Assembly: GCA_030610995.1 (NCBI GenBank)
Contig: JAUWQO010000003.1
Location: 732-64,731 of the forward strand
Direction of reading: 5' to 3'
DNA length: 64,000 bases
DNA from: Desulfobacterales bacterium
Lineage (GTDB): Bacteria > Desulfobacterota > Desulfobacteria > Desulfobacterales > ETH-SRB1
The translations under genes and the position numbers were made by a program. Numbering within the stretch: the stretch's first letter is position 1; each line of letters begins with the position of its first letter. This document shows positions 17,569 to 26,661 of the stretch, piece after piece. Under the pieces are notes generated by a model that saw only the letters and a list, made by a program, of their open reading frames with translations, was not told the DNA's origin and did no database searches.

Positions 17569-17947
17569 TACAAACATTATTCTCAGGTATTTATTAGGGG
17601 ATCATCCCAAATTCAGCCCCAAAGCAGAGTCATTTATGGCAGACATATCTGAAGGGACAAAAAAGGCCGAGATACTGGATGTGGTTATTGTTGAATGCAT
17701 CTATGTTATGGAAAAATATTATCAGATTCCCAAGAGTGAAATTTCAACAAAGTTAAGCGGAATACTGAATTTTTCCGGCATTGTAAATCCCGATAGATCA
17801 GAAATCCTCGAAGCACTTCTAAAATACGGCAACACCAATATTGATATCGTAGATTGTATTCTTGCGGCCAAGTCATCTCCTGAAAAGGTCGTTGTTTCAT
17901 TTGACAAAGACATGAAAAAATTAAAAGCGGTCAGTGAGATTTTGTAA
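17537..17947 (+). CDS. PIN-domain toxin (VapC-like)
   Basis: Acidic PIN residues in order: YLIDTN, VVIVECIYV, NIDIVDC, SFDKD. The start is ambiguous (GTG 17525 or ATG 17537). Confidence 0.75.
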   Translation: MKQPQKVYLIDTNIILRYLLGDHPKFSPKAESFMADISEGTKKAEILDVVIVECIYVMEKYYQIPKSEISTKLSGILNFSGIVNPDRSEILEALLKYGNTNIDIVDCILAAKSSPEKVVVSFDKDMKKLKAVSEIL

Positions 17948-18125
17948 TAACACAGCGGCTCCAGCGGCCAGCGATATAACCACGGATTTTACGGTCATCT
18001 TTTTGCTCTTTTAAACAACGAAAAGAAAAAGCCCTATCTCCATTTTTTCGATCAGGTCGGCAATTATAAAATAGGCAGGAAAAAAAGCGGATTTTAAAGG
18101 ATGTTACTGAAATCAAGGATAAATT

Positions 18126-18788
18126 ATGAAAAAGGCAACTCTTAGTTTTAGTAATGTCAATTTGAGAGCATCTCATATACATAAATTTCGTGGTTTTATC
18201 GGAAATTTTTTTAAAAAGCATGATCTTATTCACAATCATGATTTGAAAACAGGAAAACCGATATACCGATATCCGTTAATACAGTTCAAGCTGATAGATA
18301 AAAAGCCCGCAATCATTGCTATAACGGACAGGGCTGTAAATATTTTTTCTGAAATTTTCATGAAGCTCGATAAGATTGCCATTGAAGATACTGTTATTCC
18401 TGTTTTTGAGAAGAATCTGAAGATAGAAGAAGTCGAATTCGGATATTCGGATGAAATATTCATGTACGAGTTTGTTTCTCCCTGGATCGGTCTGAATCAG
18501 AAAAACTTCAAAAAATACAGTGATGTAGGAAACGATGAAAAGAACGAAATGTTAAAAAGGGTAATGACAGGAAACATATTATCCATGGCAAAGTATCTTG
18601 ACTGCTGGCTTTCAAAAGATCAGAAAATTAAAATTGATCATAAGTTGAAAGAAATAAAAGTGAACCTTAAAGGTAAAAGCATGACAGCTTTTAACGGGAT
18701 ATTTAAAACCAATTTTTTACTACCTGATTATCTGGGGATCGGGAAATCAGTTTCACGGGGGTTTGGGGCGCTCAAGCAAGTTTTGTAA
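18126..18788 (+). CDS. cas6: CRISPR repeat endoribonuclease Cas6
   Basis: 220 aa with the C-terminal glycine-rich loop GIGKSVSRGFGALKQV typical of Cas6. First gene of the effector operon. Confidence 0.8.
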   Translation: MKKATLSFSNVNLRASHIHKFRGFIGNFFKKHDLIHNHDLKTGKPIYRYPLIQFKLIDKKPAIIAITDRAVNIFSEIFMKLDKIAIEDTVIPVFEKNLKIEEVEFGYSDEIFMYEFVSPWIGLNQKNFKKYSDVGNDEKNEMLKRVMTGNILSMAKYLDCWLSKDQKIKIDHKLKEIKVNLKGKSMTAFNGIFKTNFLLPDYLGIGKSVSRGFGALKQVL

Positions 18789-18824
18789 CAGAACTTTTTA
18801 CTAAAAAGTAAAAACGGAGAGAAT

Positions 18825-20558
18825 ATGAGTTTCGCATATAAATTATGGAAAATTGGACGCATATTGACTGAAAACGAAATCAGGGACTCAGTGTGTGATA
18901 AAGCTGAAATGGCTGAAGGTGAAGAGCCTCAATTTGCAAACATTGATTTTCAAGTTTTAAACAATGAAGTTAAAGATATTTTATGCAGCAAAAATTCTAT
19001 CAGCAAGGGAAAAATGTTTTTTACAAAAAAAATTGGTGGGGCAGGTGACGGTATTTATTACCTATATCCAAATCTAAATATCCAAAAAGAAAACCTTCAA
19101 AAGAAGATTATACAACTTGTTAACACATTAAAAAGTAGCATGCTGGTATATGCCAACGAACAAAACCGAAAAATTGCCGAACTGATTTTTTTAAAATTTG
19201 AGGAAATTAAAAAGTATATTGAGCGGGCTAAAGTTGAGTTGGAACTAATACATCTAAAAAAACAATATGAAGAACTAAATGAAAGCTCAATACATAAAGA
19301 AGATGAGACAACCGCCCAAAAAACAGATAAAAAAATAAAGAAATTTGAGAAAAAAATAGCTGAAAATAACAAAAAATGTACTAAACTTATAGAATCGCGC
19401 AAAATTTGGGATCGTCTATTATTGAAGTTATGCCGAAACCTTGTCGTTTCCCCGAAAGACAATTATTGGCTTTGGCTCTCAATAAACGGAAAAACTTTTT
19501 ATGAACTAATGCCTGAAGTATGGAGTAACTGGTATGAAAATCCAGTTTCTACTCGTAATAATTTAAAAATAGGATACGATGCTTTCACCAACAAGGAGAC
19601 TGAAGTAGGCTATAAACCTGAAGTAAAAGTTTTTTCATATGATCAATACCATAAAAGTATGGAATATCGTCTCAATGAAAACCTGCCATTATCTCTTGAA
19701 AGTGCCAGAAATATTAAATTTGCATGGATGTACATACTTAATAATCTAGTTTTTTACTACAAAGGTTTAGAGTATGTATTAATACCAAATCTTATTTCCG
19801 ATGATGCGGATTTATATAAAACAGTTTTAAACCGTTTCAGACGGGCTAATAAAAATTCAGGCGCAAAGAGATCAATCCTTGAAAAGCTTAATGCTCAGGA
19901 AAAGAAGCTGGAAAAAGATATTGATAAATTAAAGAAGAAAAAATTGAAACCAGCAAATAATGAAAATTTGAACGAATTAGTTCAGCAAAGAGAAGAAACA
20001 CTATCTAAAATAAAAGAGTTTGATACAGGTATGATAAGGGAGTTTGATGAACAGATAGATGAGGTTGGAGACATAAAAAACTCGATCACTATAGATTATA
20101 TTTTCACTTTAATAAATAGAACCAACCTATCCTTTGAGATTAAAGGATCAATTGAAGATGTAATACCAAGTCAGGTTCGGAATGTAGTTACTGAAATGGC
20201 AAACCATAATATAAGTGATCTGGTTAAGCTTGGTAAAAGAGATAGAAATGAAACACTGCTTCAGGATTGTTTTAACAGAGAGGAACTTTCATTCGTTTTA
20301 AACAGATCTCAAAAAAACAATGGAAACAAAATTCTTCAGGAGCGTTTATATCTGGCAAAGTTACTGTTAACAGATACAAAAATAGAAATCGATCAATTGC
20401 TGCAACGCTTTGAAACAAACAGGCTGCTTGGTTATGACAAAAAGAAACGCCTTACCAAAGACGGTATATCCGAATGGATTGAATTTTCAAAAAACTTCAC
20501 TACAAATGAAAATAATATTTATAACTTTTTTAAACGGTTGGGCAAAATAAAGGGGTGA
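18825..20558 (+). CDS. cas8b: Type I large subunit, Cas8b-like
   Basis: The call rests on position (between cas6 and cas7) and size (577 aa). No motif was recognised by eye. It contains two long K/E-rich coiled-coil-like insertions. Confidence 0.55.
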   Translation: MSFAYKLWKIGRILTENEIRDSVCDKAEMAEGEEPQFANIDFQVLNNEVKDILCSKNSISKGKMFFTKKIGGAGDGIYYLYPNLNIQKENLQKKIIQLVNTLKSSMLVYANEQNRKIAELIFLKFEEIKKYIERAKVELELIHLKKQYEELNESSIHKEDETTAQKTDKKIKKFEKKIAENNKKCTKLIESRKIWDRLLLKLCRNLVVSPKDNYWLWLSINGKTFYELMPEVWSNWYENPVSTRNNLKIGYDAFTNKETEVGYKPEVKVFSYDQYHKSMEYRLNENLPLSLESARNIKFAWMYILNNLVFYYKGLEYVLIPNLISDDADLYKTVLNRFRRANKNSGAKRSILEKLNAQEKKLEKDIDKLKKKKLKPANNENLNELVQQREETLSKIKEFDTGMIREFDEQIDEVGDIKNSITIDYIFTLINRTNLSFEIKGSIEDVIPSQVRNVVTEMANHNISDLVKLGKRDRNETLLQDCFNREELSFVLNRSQKNNGNKILQERLYLAKLLLTDTKIEIDQLLQRFETNRLLGYDKKKRLTKDGISEWIEFSKNFTTNENNIYNFFKRLGKIKG

Positions 20559-20563
20559 TAATT

Positions 20564-20986
20564 ATGGAGCAGGAAAGTGTTAATTTTGTGTCATATTTAA
20601 AAAAACGACAGGAAGATGACGAAATTAATTTTTTTAGCAATCCAGCTATTAAAAAAGCATATTTTATCGGAGGATATGCAAAAGCCGTTATACTGAGTTC
20701 CTATATGTCAGAAGTAAGTAGAAAAAATAAAACCTTCAAAAACTGGCTGTCGAATCAGATTATTAATTACAGGAATCTTGATCGGATTTTTGAAATGGCT
20801 TTCAGGTTTGAGCAAAAATTAAAACTCAAGCTCAGGAATGATTCTGAAGTAAGAAAACTTGCGCATGAAACACCTGCATCAAAACCACCAGGCATTTCAA
20901 GCGCACGGATAACGTTTGCCTTTGTTGCCGGCTTTGATGATTACAGGAAATTTGTCGTGGAAAATAAAATAGAAAAAATACAATAA
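20564..20986 (+). CDS. Small helical protein, probable Cas11-like small subunit (equivalent to the Cas8b C-terminal domain)
   Basis: 140-143 aa. The ORF overlaps the cas8 stop (GTG 20555 / ATG 20564, with AAAGGGG 8 nt upstream). The helical pattern AYFIGGYAKAVILSSYM...FKNWLSNQ resembles C-terminal domains of TM1802/Cas8b-type proteins. Confidence 0.4.
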   Translation: MEQESVNFVSYLKKRQEDDEINFFSNPAIKKAYFIGGYAKAVILSSYMSEVSRKNKTFKNWLSNQIINYRNLDRIFEMAFRFEQKLKLKLRNDSEVRKLAHETPASKPPGISSARITFAFVAGFDDYRKFVVENKIEKIQ

Positions 20987-21002
20987 AAAAGGAGACGAAA
21001 TA

Positions 21003-21932
21003 ATGGATAATCTTGCAAAGCAGAGTGAAATTCTTTTTATGTGGGATGCCAGAATGTGCAACCCAAATGGCGATATGGGGGCTGATAATTCACCGCGATT
21101 CGATGATGTTGATGAAAAAGCTATTGTAAGTGATGTCAGGGTAAAAAGAACTGTGAGAGATGACCTACAATATCGAAAAGGAGAAACTATATATATTAAT
21201 AATGAAGAGATACTTTCCAAAGGTTTGAAAGCCGAGGAACGTTTTTCACAACTGAAAGATGTCAATTCTGGGAAAAATGATAAAGATGTTTTTCTTACAT
21301 GTATCGACAACAGGCTTTTTGGTGGTGTTGCCCCTAAAAGCGATATCCAGCTTGTTGGTGCTGTACAATTCTGCTGGGCAAAATCGCTTAATAAAACTGA
21401 AACAGTTTTAAAACCCGGGACCGGTGCTTTTGCAACAAAGGGAGCTGACGGTGAAACAAAGTTTAAAAAAACGTTCCGGGCTGACAATTATATTCCATAT
21501 GGACTTTTTGCGATGTATGGAAGCGTAAACAGATTACAAGCAACGAACGACAATACAACTGAGGATGATATTACAAATATGCTTGATTCTTTGTGGCATG
21601 GAACAAAGTTCCTAAATACAAGAAGCAAGCAGGGGCAAAAACCCCGTTTTCTTCTCAGGATAATTTACAAAGAAGAGAGTAAATATTTTATCGGTCTTTT
21701 AGATGAGTTTATATGTTTAAACAATCAGGAGAATAGCGGAAATATCAGGGAAATCGAAGAGGCGGACATTAAATTTGATAAACTCGTTGCGGCTATATCG
21801 AAAGCTAAAAATCAAATAGAAAAAGTCATGATCGTGCTGGACGAGTCATTAGAAAAATATAGAAATATTTTGGAAAAAATTAAAAATGTCGAATTCACAG
21901 ATGAAATTAACATTATGAAAAAAGAGAGATAG
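21003..21932 (+). CDS. cas7: Cas7 backbone subunit (Csh2/Csd2 family)
   Basis: N-terminal signature ILFMWDARMCNPNGDMGADNSPRFD...VSDVRVKRTVRD, typical of the CT1132/Csd2-Csh2 family. Confidence 0.8.
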   Translation: MDNLAKQSEILFMWDARMCNPNGDMGADNSPRFDDVDEKAIVSDVRVKRTVRDDLQYRKGETIYINNEEILSKGLKAEERFSQLKDVNSGKNDKDVFLTCIDNRLFGGVAPKSDIQLVGAVQFCWAKSLNKTETVLKPGTGAFATKGADGETKFKKTFRADNYIPYGLFAMYGSVNRLQATNDNTTEDDITNMLDSLWHGTKFLNTRSKQGQKPRFLLRIIYKEESKYFIGLLDEFICLNNQENSGNIREIEEADIKFDKLVAAISKAKNQIEKVMIVLDESLEKYRNILEKIKNVEFTDEINIMKKER

Positions 21933-21935
21933 GCT

Positions 21936-22814
21936 ATGTTTGGATTTAAATTATGGGGAAGATTTGGTTCATTTAGAGATCCAATAACCATAACTCAGAA
22001 TATGACTTTCAGTATCCCTCCCAAAACAACAGTGGGAGGGATGTTGGCATCAATTCTGGGCATTGATTATAATGACTATTTTGATGATAATGACTATTTT
22101 GATTTCGGTTACTCGCTGGTTCTCAACAATCCGGTACGCAAAAAGAGTTTTTCGCAAAATTATATAATGGATTATACAAAAACCTCAGCAATCAGATTTA
22201 ATTTAATGCTGACAATCCGGGACAACAATCATGAGGCGATGTTGTACGAAAATCAGAAAAAAGAACTGGCATCAAAAGAAACTCGCACGAAAATGGAAGA
22301 AAGAAAATTAAAAGGCCTGGAAGAGAAGATTGAAACAGCGGAAAAAAAAGTGAGCAAAGCAATCAATAATTGGAGTGAAAAAAGTTCGGGAAGATTTGCA
22401 AAAGCAAAGCCCATATATAGAGAATTGCTGATTAATCCGTCTTTCTATATATTCATAAACAAATTCAAGCACGAAGATAAAATTATTGAATTAATGAAAG
22501 AACATTTGAGTGAATTTCCTTTATACATGGGTAATAGTGAATTTGCGGCAAATTATCAGTTTATTGATTGCCAAAAGTATGAAAAAAAGAAAATCATGGG
22601 ACTTGATTCTTTTACAGGGAATCCGGAAAAAATTAAATTTGAGTCGGGAAAAAAATATACAAGTGTATATGCTGCAACACGCACAACTGGAAGCCGTGAG
22701 TACAGGGATTATAAAAGTATGGTTGTTTGCGATAAAAAGATAATATTATTATCTGCAATTGATGGTTACAGTCTGAATACAGACACGGGAGATTTTAATT
22801 GTGAGTTTATTTGA
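21936..22814 (+). CDS. cas5: Cas5 subunit (with internal K/E-rich insertion)
   Basis: N-terminus FGFKLWGRFGSFRDPITITQNMTFSIPPKTTVGGMLASILG matches the Cas5 signature. At 292 aa it is longer than usual. Confidence 0.7.
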   Translation: MFGFKLWGRFGSFRDPITITQNMTFSIPPKTTVGGMLASILGIDYNDYFDDNDYFDFGYSLVLNNPVRKKSFSQNYIMDYTKTSAIRFNLMLTIRDNNHEAMLYENQKKELASKETRTKMEERKLKGLEEKIETAEKKVSKAINNWSEKSSGRFAKAKPIYRELLINPSFYIFINKFKHEDKIIELMKEHLSEFPLYMGNSEFAANYQFIDCQKYEKKKIMGLDSFTGNPEKIKFESGKKYTSVYAATRTTGSREYRDYKSMVVCDKKIILLSAIDGYSLNTDTGDFNCEFI

Positions 22815-25059
22815 AATACCTGATATTTATTTCTCTCATCCGGATGAATACCCATTATCAACACATATAAAAAATATTGCTGCATCGTTTAATGATCCAA
22901 CTCACAAGAGAGCTGCTGCTTTTCATGATTTGGGAAAATTGAATAATAAATTTCAACAAAATATTAATAATGGAGGGCGGTTACCCTTTCACTCTTTTGA
23001 AGGAGCATTTTTTTTTCTTCTTAATAATAATTTGACAATTGATATTGATTCATTTGGAATATTTTTATCAATTTTAAAACATCATGGCAATCTGCCTGAT
23101 GTTAATTCGCTTGCTGAAGATATACTTGCCGATGAAGATTATATTTTAAGGAATCATCCGGACTTAAAGGATACGATTCAACAAATAAAAAAAATCATAC
23201 AGATAAATTTACATTTTGAACTGGAAGATTGCTATGAAATATTTGATACTGAATCATTTGTTAATGATAACAAGTTGAATGGGCTGTATTCTTTTTTCAG
23301 AATCAGGGAAATATTTTCTCAATTAATATTTGCCGATAAATATGAAGCAATTTTCAAGAAAGAATTCAGGACCGGCTGGTCTTTTGAATTTGATAAATTT
23401 AATAAAAAGCTACTGACCCATATTGGTAGCAAAATGAATGCATTATCTCCGGTTAGGAATGCTGCCAGAGTTGATGTTATTGAAAATTTTAAACAAAATA
23501 ACGATAAAAAAATATTCTTTCTTGAAGCGCCAACTGGAATCGGCAAAACATTTACAGCTCTTCACCTTGCTTTACAGATTGCAGGAGAAAAAAATAAAAA
23601 ACGGATTATTAATGCACTTCCTATGACGTCAATTATTGATCAGACATATGAAGAGTATGCAAAGGTAATTGATCCAAATATATTATTAAAATATCACTAT
23701 TTGACAAATACAAAAGAGTATATTTTTCCGGATAAGGAAAAAGAAAACGAAAAGAATTTTTTCAGGCAAAAGAATGACTTTATCAGTTCATCGTGGGGAT
23801 TGGATCAGGTTATAATAACTACATTTAATCAAATCTTAAATGCATTTTATTCAAACAAAAATCGTGATTTGATAAAATTTTGGACATTAAGGGATTCTGT
23901 AATAATTTTTGATGAGATCCAAGCCGTTCCCAGAATACTGCTAAAAGATTTTTCAGAAACAATCAGTTTTTTATCCAGAGAATTTAATATTGATTTTGTT
24001 CTTATGTCAGCCACCATTCCGGCAATAAAGAAGTTTTTTAAGCCCGAAACGACATCCGAGCTGCTTGATTTAAAATATTATTCCATGGACTTCAATAATC
24101 GGTATTCAATAAAATTTATTGAAAAGATTGATACTGCCGGAAAACTGACAGAACAAATCTTGAGAAAATATGAAAAAAACAACTCTTTGGTTTGCGTCGT
24201 TAATACAAAAAAACTTGCTTTGGAGATATACGAAAAGATTGAAGAAATTTATAAAGCAGATGAAATTTTTTTATTAAGCACATTATTCATACCTCAAGAT
24301 CGAAAAAATATTATAAGCGTAATAAGTAACAGACTGAAAAATAAGCAGAAAACTATTCTTATTTCAACTCAGGTAATTGAAGCCGGTGTTGACCTTGATT
24401 TTGATTACGGTTTCAGGGAGTTCGCGCCTTTATATAGTATTATCCAAACTGCTGGCCGAATAAATCGTGAAAACAGGGATGAAGTAAGAAAAAGCGCAGA
24501 ACTCATCATTACAAACAAGATTGGAGCGAGTCCATACAAACCGGCAGATTTGTTATATGACGAAGTAACCGAATTGCTAAAAACCAAAATAAGAGAAAAT
24601 AGAATACTGCCCTTTTTAAAAAAATATTTCGAAATGGCGATCAAACGAGCTCCGCAGGAGTTTGTTTTAGTCGATCATATGAAACAACTTGATTTTGAAA
24701 AAACAGCGCAACAATTTGACAGCAGTTTTATGCAAACGCTGCCTAATATAATACCTGTATTTATAGAAATTGAAGATGGCTTATACGAGAGCATTTGTTC
24801 TAAAAGAAATAAAATAATCGAAGAATTGAAAGCACCTAATATATCTCTTGAATATAAAATGGAACGAAAAAGTATTTTAAAGCATATGAATAAAACTATT
24901 TCAAAATATGTCATCAATATTTGTAATGATGAAGCTAAAGCATTTCTTGACTTTGAAAATTATGGGGACATGAAGGTTTGTAATTATTCATATGTAAAAA
25001 GTGGTCTGTATTCGGATAAGAAAGGATGGACTGGTTTTTCATCAACATTATTGTTTTAA
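22801..25059 (+). CDS. cas3: Cas3 HD nuclease-helicase fusion
   Basis: HD domain (AAFHDLGKLNNKFQ, LKHHG), then SF2 helicase motifs (EAPTGIGKT, IIFDEIQAV, MSATIP, TQVIEAGVD). GTG start overlaps the cas5 end. Confidence 0.9.
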   Translation: MSLFEIPDIYFSHPDEYPLSTHIKNIAASFNDPTHKRAAAFHDLGKLNNKFQQNINNGGRLPFHSFEGAFFFLLNNNLTIDIDSFGIFLSILKHHGNLPDVNSLAEDILADEDYILRNHPDLKDTIQQIKKIIQINLHFELEDCYEIFDTESFVNDNKLNGLYSFFRIREIFSQLIFADKYEAIFKKEFRTGWSFEFDKFNKKLLTHIGSKMNALSPVRNAARVDVIENFKQNNDKKIFFLEAPTGIGKTFTALHLALQIAGEKNKKRIINALPMTSIIDQTYEEYAKVIDPNILLKYHYLTNTKEYIFPDKEKENEKNFFRQKNDFISSSWGLDQVIITTFNQILNAFYSNKNRDLIKFWTLRDSVIIFDEIQAVPRILLKDFSETISFLSREFNIDFVLMSATIPAIKKFFKPETTSELLDLKYYSMDFNNRYSIKFIEKIDTAGKLTEQILRKYEKNNSLVCVVNTKKLALEIYEKIEEIYKADEIFLLSTLFIPQDRKNIISVISNRLKNKQKTILISTQVIEAGVDLDFDYGFREFAPLYSIIQTAGRINRENRDEVRKSAELIITNKIGASPYKPADLLYDEVTELLKTKIRENRILPFLKKYFEMAIKRAPQEFVLVDHMKQLDFEKTAQQFDSSFMQTLPNIIPVFIEIEDGLYESICSKRNKIIEELKAPNISLEYKMERKSILKHMNKTISKYVINICNDEAKAFLDFENYGDMKVCNYSYVKSGLYSDKKGWTGFSSTLLF

Positions 25060-25305
25060 GTCAAAAGGGGATATCGGGGACATCCATTGGAATATTGGTT
25101 GACAATTAATTAGGATTAAGAACCATAAATAATAATCCAATGGACGTTAAGTGTCAGTAAGCTCCTAAAGTAGCCTAAAATAAAGGTGTTAATCCAAAAA
25201 GCAATAACCTACTAAAATAAAAGTATGTTCATTTACAAACAAACGACTTTATTGCATTTCAAGATACTATTAATTTGTATAAATAAAGCATGGACCTGGG
25301 TTTGA

Positions 25306-25446
25306 AGTGGCTGTATTCTTTTCTTAAAGACACACAAACTCGGCTTCCTCGGCACCTTCTCGGTCAATTTCGAAATTCTTGATTACTGGGGAATCGGCAA
25401 GTCAGTGTCGCGGGGATTTGGGACGGTGAAACGAGTTAAGGAGTGA
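25306..25446 (+). pseudogene. Remnant of a second cas6 gene (C-terminal about 46 codons, no start)
   Basis: The frame reads ...HKLGFLGTFSVNFEILDYWGIGKSVSRGFGTVKRVKE*. This parallels the C-terminus of the intact Cas6 (..FNGIFKTNFLLPDYLGIGKSVSRGFGALKQVL). An in-frame stop lies at 25303-25305. Confidence 0.6.
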
Positions 25447-25492
25447 AAGAGTTCACTCAGCAGCATATAACTGCGATCAAGGAATTACGGCA

Positions 25493-25816
25493 ATGTCTTC
25501 TAAAAAAGATAAAAAGCTAATTTATGCTCTTATAAAAAAGTATGTAAATGTGCTGAAAGAGCATAGCATACCTGTTTGGCGTTTATATCTATATGGCTCT
25601 TATGCCAAAGACACCTATCATCAATATAGCGATATTGATTTAGCCGTTTTTTGGAACAAGGATGAGATAGATGGTTTTGACGAGGATGTATTTTTGATGA
25701 AGCTCACCAGGATAGTGGATTTACGAATAGAGCCGCACTCCTTTGCGAAATCGGACTTTGATGAGACCAATCCGTATATCAAAGCAATAATAGAGACCGG
25801 CGAGAGGATAATTTGA
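25493..25816 (+). CDS. Minimal nucleotidyltransferase (MNT-type) domain protein
   Basis: GS-X9-DxD signature: LYLYGSYAKDTYHQYSDIDLAVF. The stop overlaps the TTG start of cas4. Confidence 0.75.
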   Translation: MSSKKDKKLIYALIKKYVNVLKEHSIPVWRLYLYGSYAKDTYHQYSDIDLAVFWNKDEIDGFDEDVFLMKLTRIVDLRIEPHSFAKSDFDETNPYIKAIIETGERII

Positions 25817-26412
25817 TTGATCAAACCGCTTTTTCCATAACAGCAAGTCATCTTTTGGAATATCTATTCTGCCCACGGTTTACGTATTTTGAATATGTTT
25901 TGGATATTCCGCAGCATGAAGAAAAAAGGTTTAAGGTTCAAAAAGGAAGAGAAATTCATGAAGACAAACAGAGAATAAATCCGGATTACCTGAGGAAGAA
26001 ACTCGGATGCATTGAACGAAAATCTTCGGTCTATCTTTCATCTGCACGGGGTATCAGGGGAATTGTTGATGAAATACTTTTTCTGGATGACGAGAGCGCA
26101 GCGCCGCTTGATTACAAATATGCAGAATACAAGGAACGAACTTTCAAGAATCATAAATATCAGTTGACCTTCTATGGACAGTTGATAAAAGAAAATTATG
26201 ATGTGCCGGTAAAAAGAGGTTTTATCATCTACACTCGAAGCAGGAATAAACTGGTAGAAGTGCCTATTACAGAGAAGATGTATCTGGAATTGGACATTAT
26301 AATCGGCGATCTTACCAATGTTGTTCAGAAGGGGATTTATCCAAAGCCAACAAAATATAAGCAGCGCTGCTCTGATTGCTGCTACAGAAATTTATGTGAA
26401 AGGACTATTTGA
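25813..26412 (+). CDS. cas4: Cas4 RecB-like exonuclease
   Basis: N-terminal Cys (YLFCPRFTYFEY), a nuclease core (DEILF...PLDYKYAEY..YQLTFYGQLI) and the C-terminal cluster CSDCCYRNLC. Confidence 0.85.
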   Translation: MIDQTAFSITASHLLEYLFCPRFTYFEYVLDIPQHEEKRFKVQKGREIHEDKQRINPDYLRKKLGCIERKSSVYLSSARGIRGIVDEILFLDDESAAPLDYKYAEYKERTFKNHKYQLTFYGQLIKENYDVPVKRGFIIYTRSRNKLVEVPITEKMYLELDIIIGDLTNVVQKGIYPKPTKYKQRCSDCCYRNLCERTI

Positions 26413-26415
26413 TCC

Positions 26416-26539
26416 GCAGACCCGCCTGCCATAGCTTATAATAATTCAGTTGGTGATTGATGAACTTAGTGAACAACACCGTTGTGTTTGCTTTGATATG
26501 TAATACAGGCATAGCGGGCAGGTTACGCAGATTACACAG
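26416..26539. repeat. GC-rich word element related to the repeats at 44371-44612, plus GCAGRTTAC words
   Basis: ACCCGCCTGCCAT (26419-26431) is the exact reverse complement of ATGGCAGGCGGGT at 44463-44475 and 44596-44608. GCGGGCAGGT (26514-26523) is the reverse complement of ACCTGCCCGC at 44373-44382 and 44504-44513. Confidence 0.5.
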
Positions 26540-26661
26540 ATTTTTCTGCCTGTGCATTGCACGCAGATAGGCGTGAATTATTGGGTTTAATTTCCCGAAA
26601 CTTGCTTAAATTGTGAAAATCAGATGCACGAAACCAGGCAGGTTGCTGTGGGACCAGTTTA

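Noticed and set aside
18060-18125. Possible degenerate CRISPR repeat (creA-like) upstream of cas6: ATTTTAAAGGATGTTACTGAAATC against ATTAAAACAAGGATTGAAAC
   Set aside because: The similarity is weak and needs indels. There is no second flanking repeat and no recognisable spacer. Too speculative without alignment statistics.
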